DNA of 26,591 nt, taken from positions 1 through 26,591 of the IMG/VR virus record IMGVR_UViG_3300016471_001062; one strand, given 5' to 3'. Of this stretch, positions 16,599 through 24,886 are shown in pieces. The stretch is from a virus. Taxonomy: Duplodnaviria; Caudoviricetes. Both the position numbers and the translations under genes were made by a program. The notes under the pieces are model-generated. The model saw nothing but the letters and a program-made list of their open reading frames with translations, was not told where the DNA came from and searched no databases. Each line of letters begins with the position of its first letter. Position 1 is the stretch's first letter.

Positions 16599-16854
16599 GT
16601 TCCAATAGCGCTTTTTGAATTAGATCAGAAACCATCGCTTGAAATTCGGGATTTTTTGCTACATCTAAGCTTGATGTTTTCTTAATCTTGTTATCAAGAC
16701 AGGTTGAATATTCAGCTGCAAATTTTTGCATTATTCGTAATATATAATTGCGAACAGATGAATGATTCATCTTCCAACCTCTTTTTGACATTTCGGCTGA
16801 AATTTTACGATAATCAATTCCATCATCGCTCAAAATAGTAGCATACTTCATCAT
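16576..16854 (-). CDS. helix-turn-helix protein resembling sigma70 region 4.2
   Basis: DDGIDYRKISAEM....KMNHSSVRNYILRIMQKF aligns by eye with [27 protein letters not shown]; own GAGGT RBS; ATGA overlap with the sigma gene. Confidence 0.6.
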   Translation of the reverse strand: MMKYATILSDDGIDYRKISAEMSKRGWKMNHSSVRNYILRIMQKFAAEYSTCLDNKIKKTSSLDVAKNPEFQAMVSDLIQKALLELEYENNN

Positions 16855-17681
16855 TCTTCTACCTCGTCACAAAGTGCAAATTTTTTCTGCATTGATTCTG
16901 TTACAGGAAAATTTTCAATATCATCTGGATCTTCAGTTATTCCAAATCTTAATCTTAAGATTGCAATTTCTTTTTGTGTAAGTGTTTTCATCACTTTTTT
17001 AGTTAACTGCAAAAGCTGCTTTTCAATTAAGACCTGGCAAGGATCATCATACTGACCATTTGACTGAATAGTATCTTCAATTTTTCTTGGTTCAGAATCA
17101 TATTTTGATGATATTGAGTCTTGTAATGATACCATTTTTTTAGATGAGTGCATAGTCGCTTTTACAACTTTAACACTTGCACCTGTTAGTTCAGATAATT
17201 CCTCGGCGGAAGGTTCTGAACCAAATGTTTTACGATAATCCTCAGATACAGTAATTAGTTTCTTTTGAACGCCTGCAGCATGTGCTGGGAGTCTTATCGT
17301 CTTTTTTCTTTTAAGTACATGTTGTGAAATAGATTGTTTAATCCACCATGATGCATATGTTGAGAACTTATAACCAAGTTTCCAATCAAACTTATCAATT
17401 GATTTGATTAAGCCAATATTTCCTTCTTGGACCAGATCTTCGAAAGGAAGACCAGAATTTTTATAAAATTTGGCAATAGAAACAACAAGTCTCAAATTAG
17501 CTTCAATTAATTTGTTTTTTGCTTTTCTATCACCAGATTCATACTGTTTAAATAATTCAACATATTCTGTATGATTAAGCAATGGCTTTTTTGAAACTTC
17601 TCTCATATAAATGCCAGCTGCAGATTTTGAGCTAATTTTCAAATCTTTTAATTCAGATTCTTGTTTCAAAGGCTGTTCCAT
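16851..17681 (-). CDS. sigma70-family (RpoD/RpoS-like) sigma factor lacking region 4.2
   Basis: Region 1.2 YMREVSKKPLL; region 2 LIEANLRLVVSIAK, DLVQEGNIGLIKSIDKFD..GYKFSTYASWWIKQSI; TIRLPAH; region 3 EPSAEELSE; region 4.1 LTQKEIAILRLRFGI; then a 28-aa acidic tail. Confidence 0.93.
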   Translation of the reverse strand: MEQPLKQESELKDLKISSKSAAGIYMREVSKKPLLNHTEYVELFKQYESGDRKAKNKLIEANLRLVVSIAKFYKNSGLPFEDLVQEGNIGLIKSIDKFDWKLGYKFSTYASWWIKQSISQHVLKRKKTIRLPAHAAGVQKKLITVSEDYRKTFGSEPSAEELSELTGASVKVVKATMHSSKKMVSLQDSISSKYDSEPRKIEDTIQSNGQYDDPCQVLIEKQLLQLTKKVMKTLTQKEIAILRLRFGITEDPDDIENFPVTESMQKKFALCDEVEE

Positions 17682-17974
17682 AGTTCACGTTCTGTTTCAA
17701 ACTCACTATAACCTTCTTCTTCTTCGATTGCATCATCAAAATTTTCTACTGGATTTTCTTTTAGCCATTTATCATGAAGTTCCCTGCGCTTTTTACGAAT
17801 TTCAACTTCACGTTCAACGTAGCAAAGTTCAATTTCAATGTCTTTTACCTTTTCATCCTCATTTTTTTCAACTAAAAATGAATGTTGTGAAGAAAGACGA
17901 TTCTTTAAATTATAAAGATCGTTTTCAGGCATGATTGCAATTGATTCTAAATCGACACGCTTTTTCTTAGACAT
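17666..17974 (-). CDS. hypothetical charged helical protein directly upstream of sigma
   Basis: 102 aa, AGGTG RBS 7 nt before ATG, overlaps the sigma start. Confidence 0.75.
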   Translation of the reverse strand: MSKKKRVDLESIAIMPENDLYNLKNRLSSQHSFLVEKNEDEKVKDIEIELCYVEREVEIRKKRRELHDKWLKENPVENFDDAIEEEEGYSEFETERELWNSL

Positions 17975-18033
17975 ATTAATTCACCTATCGTATCATTTAC
18001 TATAAACCCATATATCATAGAGTACATAGTCTA

Positions 18034-18243
18034 TTAATCTTTTTTTTCATTTTTCAGAATAATTTCCAAAACTGTGATTAAACCCTCAGAAATTATTCTT
18101 GTTACAACCCATATAACGCACATTATAATTGTTGCATTTGTATATAAGGTCAATTTTTCTGGATTTTGTTTGTTTAAAACAAATCCACATAATAAACTTG
18201 CAGCCATGCAAGACCACACTATTTTTACGTATCTATTTAGCAT
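18034..18243 (-). CDS. small membrane protein, two TM-like segments
   Basis: IVWSCMAASLLCGFVL and ATIIMCVIWVV hydrophobic stretches, charged C-terminus. Confidence 0.6.
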   Translation of the reverse strand: MLNRYVKIVWSCMAASLLCGFVLNKQNPEKLTLYTNATIIMCVIWVVTRIISEGLITVLEIILKNEKKD

Positions 18244-18249
18244 ACAAAA

Positions 18250-18459
18250 TTATATGTTTTCACATATAGATTGTTCAATCTTAAAGTTTTCAATAATAAA
18301 ATCTTCAGGTAAGAGAAGAACATTACCTTGTAATATACCTGTAAAATAATAAATCCAAAAGCTATTTTTATTTACGCCTTGTCCAATTACAATAGAGAAT
18401 CTTCTCATAGATTTTAAGTCTATTAATAAATCACCCAGTCTTACTTTCATTTGGGTCAT
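18250..18459 (-). CDS. small hypothetical protein (VRLGDLLI start)
   Basis: 69-aa ORF in a co-oriented run. Confidence 0.55.
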   Translation of the reverse strand: MTQMKVRLGDLLIDLKSMRRFSIVIGQGVNKNSFWIYYFTGILQGNVLLLPEDFIIENFKIEQSICENI

Positions 18460-18661
18460 AATTTATACCTTCTAAAATCCCCTCAAATCTTTGAAGATCT
18501 TTTTTATCTATCTTGGTATAATTATATATAATTATCGTATTACTATCGTTTGAAAACATTAATCCATTTCTACTGTATTTTTCGTTTAGAAAATCAACAA
18601 AAATGTTTAAATCTATGTTTTTCTTAATTTCTCCCAAAATTATTTTATTAACTTTATTCAT
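18431..18661 (-). CDS. hypothetical protein
   Basis: 76-aa ORF overlapping neighbours in a co-oriented run. Confidence 0.55.
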   Translation of the reverse strand: MNKVNKIILGEIKKNIDLNIFVDFLNEKYSRNGLMFSNDSNTIIIYNYTKIDKKDLQRFEGILEGINYDPNESKTG

Positions 18662-18905
18662 TTGAATTTTTTAATTTAATTTTCGTGTGATTATTTAATA
18701 ATCCAAATTTATTATTATAATAAATCAATAAACTTTCGTTTACTTTACTTATGATAATAAAATCGGGACAGATATAATCATTTAAACAAAAAGATTCATG
18801 AATTGATTTTGGAATAAATTTATCCTGAATATAAACGTTATTTGGATCATAGATTCTACAGAATCCTCTTGAAAGAAAATAAAATTCCCCCTTTTTATAT
18901 TCCAT
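18654..18905 (-). CDS. small hypothetical protein (MEYKKGEFYFL start)
   Basis: ATG 18905 avoids overlap with the divergent gene at 18926; ends LLIYYNNKFGLL like other small beta-family members. Confidence 0.55.
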   Translation of the reverse strand: MEYKKGEFYFLSRGFCRIYDPNNVYIQDKFIPKSIHESFCLNDYICPDFIIISKVNESLLIYYNNKFGLLNNHTKIKLKNSNE

Positions 18906-18925
18906 TTTAATAATTAAATAAGAAA

Positions 18926-19648
18926 ATGAATTTATCAAAAACTTTAAATAAAATTACAAGTAAAAAAGATTCATTAGATCCAGATCTGTGGGATGATGAA
19001 GAAAAATTAAATGATGAAGTTAAATTGAAATTACTTGAAATTGCAAAAGATTTTTGGAATTCAATAAAAAAAGACGGTGTTAAATTAATTGATATAACTG
19101 TTTTAGGCTCCTCATGTAATTATTTCTGGTCTAAAAATTCAGATTTAGATTTGCATTTGGTTTATAAAACAGAATCTGATGAAATAAATGACGAACTATT
19201 AAATGAATTTTTTGTTTTAAGATCAACTTCTTGGAATGATAAACACGATATAGAAATATGTGACCACCCATTAGAGATTTTTGTTAAAAAAGATAATGCT
19301 GGATATAGTGATTCTATATATTCTTTAATAAAGAATGATTGGTTGAAAAAACCTGAAAAAAATTCAAAACCTAAGTTTAATAAAGAATTAACGTTAGAAA
19401 AAGCAAAAATCTTAGGCGAAAAAATTAAATTTATTTCAAATGAATTAAAAAAATCCCCAACTGAAAAAAATATTGATTCAGCTGAATCAATAAGAGAAAA
19501 GATAAGAAAAATGAGAGATCATGGTCTTGAAACCGGAGGGGAATTTTCTACTGAAAATTTAACCTTTAAAATTTTAAGAAGGTTGGGATTGATTGAAAAT
19601 TTAAAAAACTCAATAAATTATGCATATGATAGAATACATATGTTATAA
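18926..19648 (+). CDS. Pol-beta-superfamily nucleotidyltransferase-like protein
   Basis: VLGSSCNYFWSKNSDLDLHL (hGS-x9-DxD), later LEIFV as candidate third acidic residue; C-terminal GEFSTENLTFKILRR. Confidence 0.75.
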   Translation: MNLSKTLNKITSKKDSLDPDLWDDEEKLNDEVKLKLLEIAKDFWNSIKKDGVKLIDITVLGSSCNYFWSKNSDLDLHLVYKTESDEINDELLNEFFVLRSTSWNDKHDIEICDHPLEIFVKKDNAGYSDSIYSLIKNDWLKKPEKNSKPKFNKELTLEKAKILGEKIKFISNELKKSPTEKNIDSAESIREKIRKMRDHGLETGGEFSTENLTFKILRRLGLIENLKNSINYAYDRIHML

Positions 19649-19662
19649 GGAGATCCCTATAA

Positions 19663-20727
19663 ATGACTATTAAAAAAAAGAAGAAAGCTATTGTACTTTC
19701 AGGTGGTGGCGCCAAAGGTGCTTATGAAGCAGGCGTTTTAAAATACATAATTGAACACTGGGGTTTAGGAATAGATATTGTTGTAGGAACATCAGCTGGC
19801 GCATTAAATGCGTATTTATATTCTTCATTAAACCCTGTTCTTACTAATGAAACAAATTCAAATGAGATTATTAAACCTTGGATTGATAAAGATTTAGAGA
19901 ATCTATTAACTTTTCCTATTCAAGATTATATTAAATTTAAATTTAATTCAATTTTTGATAATAGAAAATTATATGAATTTAGTAAAAAATTTATAGATGA
20001 AGAAATAAAAGATTATAATTTAAAAAAAGGAATTGTTTCAACACTTAGCTTAGTTACAGGTGAAATGCAATCCGGTAAAACTCATGTTTGGTATGAAACG
20101 TATGATGATAGTGTTAGTATGGAATCAAATAGGTGGATTTCACATAAAACAGAACTAAATATTGATCATGCGATTGCATCAGGTGCAATCCCTGGAGTTT
20201 TTAGGTCAGTTGAACTTGAAACTGAAAATGGCATAAAACAATGGCATAATGATGGTGGTGTAACAATGAACACCCCTATAAGTCCAGCGATTCAATCTGG
20301 CGCAGAAAAAATACTTATAATATATTTAGGGAACCCTGATGTTGAACCAACAGAGGATATGCCTAATATTTATGAAGTATTTAAAAACACAATTGTAACA
20401 TTATTTTTTTATAATCATTTAAAAGAAGATATTATAAGGGCTCACACAGTTAATAGTTTATTAGATAAACTTGGAAAAGAAGAATTTAGTGGTTATAGAA
20501 AACTTGATTTAACAGTTATTAGACCAAGTCAAAATATTGAAGAAAAAATTGTAAAAGAATTAAAAGAAAAAAAATTTTTTTGGAAAATTATTCCATCTTT
20601 TTTTCTAGAAATTGCATCACTGACTGCTCTTTTTATGAAAGTTGATTACACAGAAATACTTGCAGAATTTGGTTATAAAGACGCAAAAATAATGCACAAG
20701 GAATTAGAATCATTTTTTAACGATTAA
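19663..20727 (+). CDS. patatin-like phospholipase
   Basis: LSGGGAKGAY oxyanion loop, GTSAG nucleophile, ASGAIP, DGG; AGGAG RBS. Confidence 0.93.
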   Translation: MTIKKKKKAIVLSGGGAKGAYEAGVLKYIIEHWGLGIDIVVGTSAGALNAYLYSSLNPVLTNETNSNEIIKPWIDKDLENLLTFPIQDYIKFKFNSIFDNRKLYEFSKKFIDEEIKDYNLKKGIVSTLSLVTGEMQSGKTHVWYETYDDSVSMESNRWISHKTELNIDHAIASGAIPGVFRSVELETENGIKQWHNDGGVTMNTPISPAIQSGAEKILIIYLGNPDVEPTEDMPNIYEVFKNTIVTLFFYNHLKEDIIRAHTVNSLLDKLGKEEFSGYRKLDLTVIRPSQNIEEKIVKELKEKKFFWKIIPSFFLEIASLTALFMKVDYTEILAEFGYKDAKIMHKELESFFND

Positions 20728-21250
20728 TTAATTCATAAAATCTTTTTAAAAACGTGACCTCTGCTTCGGCAGGGGTCATTGCTTTTACCGGATAGTTTGG
20801 TAACATATCCATTTTATCTTCTGGCCAATGACTATAAAAATTTGCTATTTCAATATAAAATGATGACTTATCAATTAAATCAACACTTTTTGGTAAATCG
20901 CCAATTAAACCAAATTTTTTGAAAATAACTTTTTCTAATTTTTTTTCTGCAATTCTATAATCTTTAAAAAGATCAGATTTTTTCAAAGGTGTAACAACGT
21001 CTGAAAGATATGCTTCAGTTGCGTCGTGTAATAGTCCCCATAATTTTTCTTCTTCTACACATTGTTCCTCAACAATGAGTGAATGTTGAGCGATAGAATA
21101 GAATTCATTTAAATGTCCACCAAATCTTGATGTATACGCAAGTGAATGCGCTATATCTTCTATACAAATATCGTCTACTGACGCATTTAAAACATCGAAA
21201 ACTTTACCTGTAAACGTTCTAATGAAAGCGTTATTTATTGTTTTTGCCAT
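20717..21250 (-). CDS. HD-domain phosphohydrolase (YfdR/YfbR-like 5'-deoxynucleotidase family)
   Basis: IEDIAHSLA..RFGGH..YSIAQHS, GLLHDATEAYLSDV.TPLK. Confidence 0.88.
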   Translation of the reverse strand: MAKTINNAFIRTFTGKVFDVLNASVDDICIEDIAHSLAYTSRFGGHLNEFYSIAQHSLIVEEQCVEEEKLWGLLHDATEAYLSDVVTPLKKSDLFKDYRIAEKKLEKVIFKKFGLIGDLPKSVDLIDKSSFYIEIANFYSHWPEDKMDMLPNYPVKAMTPAEAEVTFLKRFYELINR

Positions 21251-21605
21251 GTTTAATCACCGTATCGTATACATTTGATTCTGGATGCTTGTTTGCATAT
21301 TTTCTTATTAACCTACCAGCTATTGCGTTTGCTTCATCCTCTAATTCTACATCGTAACTGCTTTTTATTCTTCCTTCTTCATTTTGTTTGTGATGCACAA
21401 GTTCATGTGCAATGCTTCTCAAACAATCACCTAATGATCTTTCGGAGATATATGTTCTTACTATACCTTCGCTTGGAGAATAGTCAGCGTATGTTTTTAA
21501 AGATTTTCTTGATTTGTGAAGTTGAACTTTAGCGGGACTTTTTATTTCAAGTTCTTTTTCAACCCAATCTTTAAAATGTTTTATTGTTTTTAAAGTAGAT
21601 TTCAT
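21231..21605 (-). CDS. HExxH zincin-like putative metallopeptidase
   Basis: LRSIAHELVHHKQ with downstream ELEDEANAIAG. Confidence 0.7.
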   Translation of the reverse strand: MKSTLKTIKHFKDWVEKELEIKSPAKVQLHKSRKSLKTYADYSPSEGIVRTYISERSLGDCLRSIAHELVHHKQNEEGRIKSSYDVELEDEANAIAGRLIRKYANKHPESNVYDTVIKHGKNNK

Positions 21606-21645
21606 AAATTTATTATTTATTATAAATATATTATATTAATAATTA

Positions 21646-21861
21646 ATGTTTTTAGCTGGTGATATTATCATAAATAAACCGGGTCACGTTATTTATCTTT
21701 CTCAAAGTGCTTCTACGAGAGAAATACATGAAGGTAATATTCTATTTGTTATTAAATGTATATGGTCAAATTTAGAAAATGATTATATGATTTATGCAGT
21801 TGAACCAAAATCTGGCATTGAAGGTTGGGTTAAAGGCAGATATATTAAAAAATTTTTTTAA
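21646..21861 (+). CDS. small SH3-like hypothetical protein
   Basis: FLAGDIII...GNILFVI...SGIEGWV. Confidence 0.65.
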   Translation: MFLAGDIIINKPGHVIYLSQSASTREIHEGNILFVIKCIWSNLENDYMIYAVEPKSGIEGWVKGRYIKKFF

Positions 21862-22103
21862 ATCCAAATAATATCAGTCTTTTTATCTGCCCAAAGCCAA
21901 CATACACCAAATTTAGGATGTAATACATAATATAAAAAACAATCTTTATTTATATTATCAGAATCAAAAAAAGATGAAGTCTTATTAAGATACAACATTA
22001 TATCTTTTTTTTCACATGTTCCAAGCATTATTTTAGGACTGAGCAATTGATCATTATCATCTGTCCATAAACTTTTAGTAAGCTTAGTTTTTAAAAGTTT
22101 CAT
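21858..22103 (-). CDS. small SH3-like hypothetical protein
   Basis: KDIMLYL...YVLHPKFGVCWL; convergent 4-nt stop overlap. Confidence 0.6.
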   Translation of the reverse strand: MKLLKTKLTKSLWTDDNDQLLSPKIMLGTCEKKDIMLYLNKTSSFFDSDNINKDCFLYYVLHPKFGVCWLWADKKTDIIWI

Positions 22104-22155
22104 CGATAATATTTTATTTAAATTTGATTTTATATAAAATTTTTATTATTAAAAA

Positions 22156-22476
22156 ATGAGAGAATCTTATGTTGTACCTATGATCGGAGATTTAGTAATT
22201 TTAAAGCAGAGCAGGAAAGTTAGAACATTCTATGGTAAATTTTATGAAATTCCTAAAGATAAATTTTTAATTATAATTTCTAGTGTTGGTGGATCATTAT
22301 CTCTTTTAAATGGAAAAACAGTTGGTATATGGTATTTAAATCTTACTTCAGAAGAAGGTATAGAATATAATCTTGTTTTAAGAGGCGGATTAATTACTGA
22401 CGATAGTGATATAAAAGAATGTTTGTTTGACACAGATATTTATCTAATCCAAAGAAAGGCGCTGTGTGTAACGTGA
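22156..22476 (+). CDS. small hypothetical protein (IGDLVIL start)
   Basis: 106-aa ORF. Confidence 0.65.
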   Translation: MRESYVVPMIGDLVILKQSRKVRTFYGKFYEIPKDKFLIIISSVGGSLSLLNGKTVGIWYLNLTSEEGIEYNLVLRGGLITDDSDIKECLFDTDIYLIQRKALCVT

Positions 22477-22685
22477 ATTTTCAAATGGGCGATTTAATAA
22501 AGTTAGAAAATAATAAAACATTGTTACCAAATCCAGAATGGCAGGAAAGTATTAATTGTCATTTACAAAGAGGTGATGTAGTTATTACACTTTCAAATAT
22601 CGTTAATAATGGTTTTATTAACGTTATAACAAAACATGGAATAGGCTGGTTATATAAAGAATTTGATTCATTAAAAAAAATATAG
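22464..22685 (+). CDS. small SH3-like hypothetical protein
   Basis: FQMGDLIKL...GDVVITL...INVITKHGIGWL; start uncertain (GTG 22464 or GTG 22473). Confidence 0.65.
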   Translation: MCNVNFQMGDLIKLENNKTLLPNPEWQESINCHLQRGDVVITLSNIVNNGFINVITKHGIGWLYKEFDSLKKI

Positions 22686-22689
22686 AAAC

Positions 22690-23001
22690 ATGAAAGAGAA
22701 ATATTTTGAAAATAATGAAAAAAAATGGCCATCCCCTAATTGGGAAAAATGGCAAGATTTACTTACAAGGATTAAATTAAAGCAACTAACTACAGATGAT
22801 TATGATTTTATATACGATGTTTTAGAAGCATATCATTCATTAATAATGATGACAATGGGTCCAAGGAATAAACTTATAAAATCTTATAAAAGAACAATTA
22901 ATAAACTTACATATAAGAATAATATAAAACAAACAGAAAAAATAAAAAATGAAATAAATTGGCTAGAAAGTCAAATTAAGAAAGTATATAAAAATGAATG
23001 A
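22690..23001 (+). CDS. hypothetical protein
   Basis: 103-aa helical-looking ORF. Confidence 0.65.
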   Translation: MKEKYFENNEKKWPSPNWEKWQDLLTRIKLKQLTTDDYDFIYDVLEAYHSLIMMTMGPRNKLIKSYKRTINKLTYKNNIKQTEKIKNEINWLESQIKKVYKNE

Positions 23002-23140
23002 TGAAAACGATGAAGTTTCTAAAGCTTTTATTGCTTTATTGAAGCAATTTGGAAATGATCCGAAATATAAAGAAATAATTTTAGAATTATTAGGTATTTT
23101 AAGTGAAGATGAAGAAGATAAAAATAAATTAAAAAATTAG
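22994..23140 (+). CDS. small acidic hypothetical protein, 48 aa (below ORF-track cutoff)
   Basis: MNDENDEVSKAFIALLKQFGNDPKYKEIILELLGILSEDEEDKNKLKN; overlaps upstream stop and fills the gap to the convergent gene. Confidence 0.55.
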   Translation: MNDENDEVSKAFIALLKQFGNDPKYKEIILELLGILSEDEEDKNKLKN

Positions 23141-24807
23141 CTCATTTTGTAATTTAAGATTTGTGGAATATCTTCTGAAAATGTTGAACTATAATGATAT
23201 CCATCTTCAGAATATGAAATGCCACCAACATTAGAATGTGCTACACAAAATCCATCGTTTGTTTCAACATATAAATATTGCCAATTTTCAATAGAAGAAT
23301 TACCGTCTTCTATCAAAATTCCATTTTTCTCAACTTTTTGAATAAGCCAGTTATTTGATCTCAAAACACAATTAAATGTTATTGTATAGCCTCTGGTCGT
23401 GTTATGTTTGCACTCACCCGTTAAAGTTATTTTTGTATTTTGATTTAGTTCAACAACCTTAGTGTAGAACTCTTCAAAGTCGTTAAACTCACTTTTATTT
23501 ACGACCTCAAAACAACCAACATTTTTTAATGTACCCGTTAAATTAACAGGATTTTTTAGAGATCTTATCGCAATATAACAATCATCAGTTTCCAAAAACG
23601 TATAGTCAATCATATTAATGATTGTTGATTTTTTTATATAAAAATTATTTGGTAAAACAAAGTTAGCACCACATGCAAAATTTTTATAAACGCCTGTATT
23701 GTTTTTATTCCACCAAAAGCCGCCAATTGGTTCAAATCTTATTAATTGAGAAACTTTATATGAATTATCATTTAAAAACAAACAAGTTTCCCTAACAGTC
23801 GCATCATTTGGAGATGGGATTAAATAAAACATATTATCTTCGTGTCCACCCGAAAATAATGCAAAATTTCTTTCTCTATATGAGATTTCAACATTTGTAT
23901 GTTTGCATTTAGACCACAACGTTTTATCACTTAAACAAACTTCTATAAATTTTGCTGGTGGTCTATAATCCTGTATTCTTGTTGTTAGTAAGAATGAAAA
24001 GTCATGTCTGATAGATTCAAAATTCTCTAATTCATTATCAGGAATATAATTTGTAAATGCCATTAACCATGTTGCAAATTCATCATTTTTTCTAATTTCA
24101 TCTACAAGATAATTTTCTCTTCTTCTATAAGGAACGACCAAATGACCATTTTTAGATTGCACTGCATATTTGAAAAATAATTGATCCAACAATATTTTTG
24201 TTGCTGTTTTCATTTCAATATTAGTTGTATACGAATATAAATTCTGCAATCCTCTAATAGTCCATGAACTATATGGTTTTGCGTTATATTCATAAAGACC
24301 ATTTTTTATGATATTTTTAAGGTAATTTATCATCCATATATGGACGCCATTTTTTAAGTTATCATATTTGATATCGTTTGTAGATTCAAATAAAATTTCA
24401 TTCGTTAAGTATAATGAAGAGTTTGCAAGAATTAAATGATTTTCAGATTCAGGGATTAAATTTAAAACACCCCATTTTTCAGGGAGTAAATTGTTTTCTT
24501 TTTGCGTTAATAAATTATTAATTAAATTATCTTTTGCTTTTTGTGATAATTTATTACCCCATTTCTTTGCGATTAATGTTAAACCAACAAGAGTAAAATC
24601 ATAATCACCATCTTTACCAAAACCAAGAATTTTAAATTCAGTTCCAACTTTACCCGGTGTAAATTGTTTTTCTAACCAACCATTAACTTCTGACCACATA
24701 TCAAAATAGCATTTAAATAATAATGTGTCAGAACTTATATCACTTCCAGAAAGAGGCGTTAATGATAATTCTTCAATCTTTTTGTTGATTTTTTCAGTGA
24801 TAATCAT
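23137..24807 (-). CDS. large hypothetical protein, enzyme-like (helical N-half, beta-rich C-half)
   Basis: ATG 24807 (MIITEKINKK) avoids overlap with the divergent gene; motif-like blocks GDYDF, ESENH, YEYNAKPY, VPYRRR. Confidence 0.75.
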   Translation of the reverse strand: MIITEKINKKIEELSLTPLSGSDISSDTLLFKCYFDMWSEVNGWLEKQFTPGKVGTEFKILGFGKDGDYDFTLVGLTLIAKKWGNKLSQKAKDNLINNLLTQKENNLLPEKWGVLNLIPESENHLILANSSLYLTNEILFESTNDIKYDNLKNGVHIWMINYLKNIIKNGLYEYNAKPYSSWTIRGLQNLYSYTTNIEMKTATKILLDQLFFKYAVQSKNGHLVVPYRRRENYLVDEIRKNDEFATWLMAFTNYIPDNELENFESIRHDFSFLLTTRIQDYRPPAKFIEVCLSDKTLWSKCKHTNVEISYRERNFALFSGGHEDNMFYLIPSPNDATVRETCLFLNDNSYKVSQLIRFEPIGGFWWNKNNTGVYKNFACGANFVLPNNFYIKKSTIINMIDYTFLETDDCYIAIRSLKNPVNLTGTLKNVGCFEVVNKSEFNDFEEFYTKVVELNQNTKITLTGECKHNTTRGYTITFNCVLRSNNWLIQKVEKNGILIEDGNSSIENWQYLYVETNDGFCVAHSNVGGISYSEDGYHYSSTFSEDIPQILNYKMS

Positions 24808-24886
24808 TATACTCTTGATAATTAATATAGTGCAGCCAATTTGTTTAAACTTGGATGCAAATTTAACATAAACCGGGAGAAAATAA

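Noticed and set aside
16851-16900. Programmed frameshift or pseudogene explanation for the truncated sigma (A-run in cag aaa aaa ttt)
   Set aside because: The -1 frame meets a TGA before the downstream ATG, and the downstream gene has its own RBS; two genes fit better.
20717-21250. HD protein as DatZ of a Z-genome pathway
   Set aside because: No PurZ or MazZ in the window and the motifs fit the common YfdR-like family.
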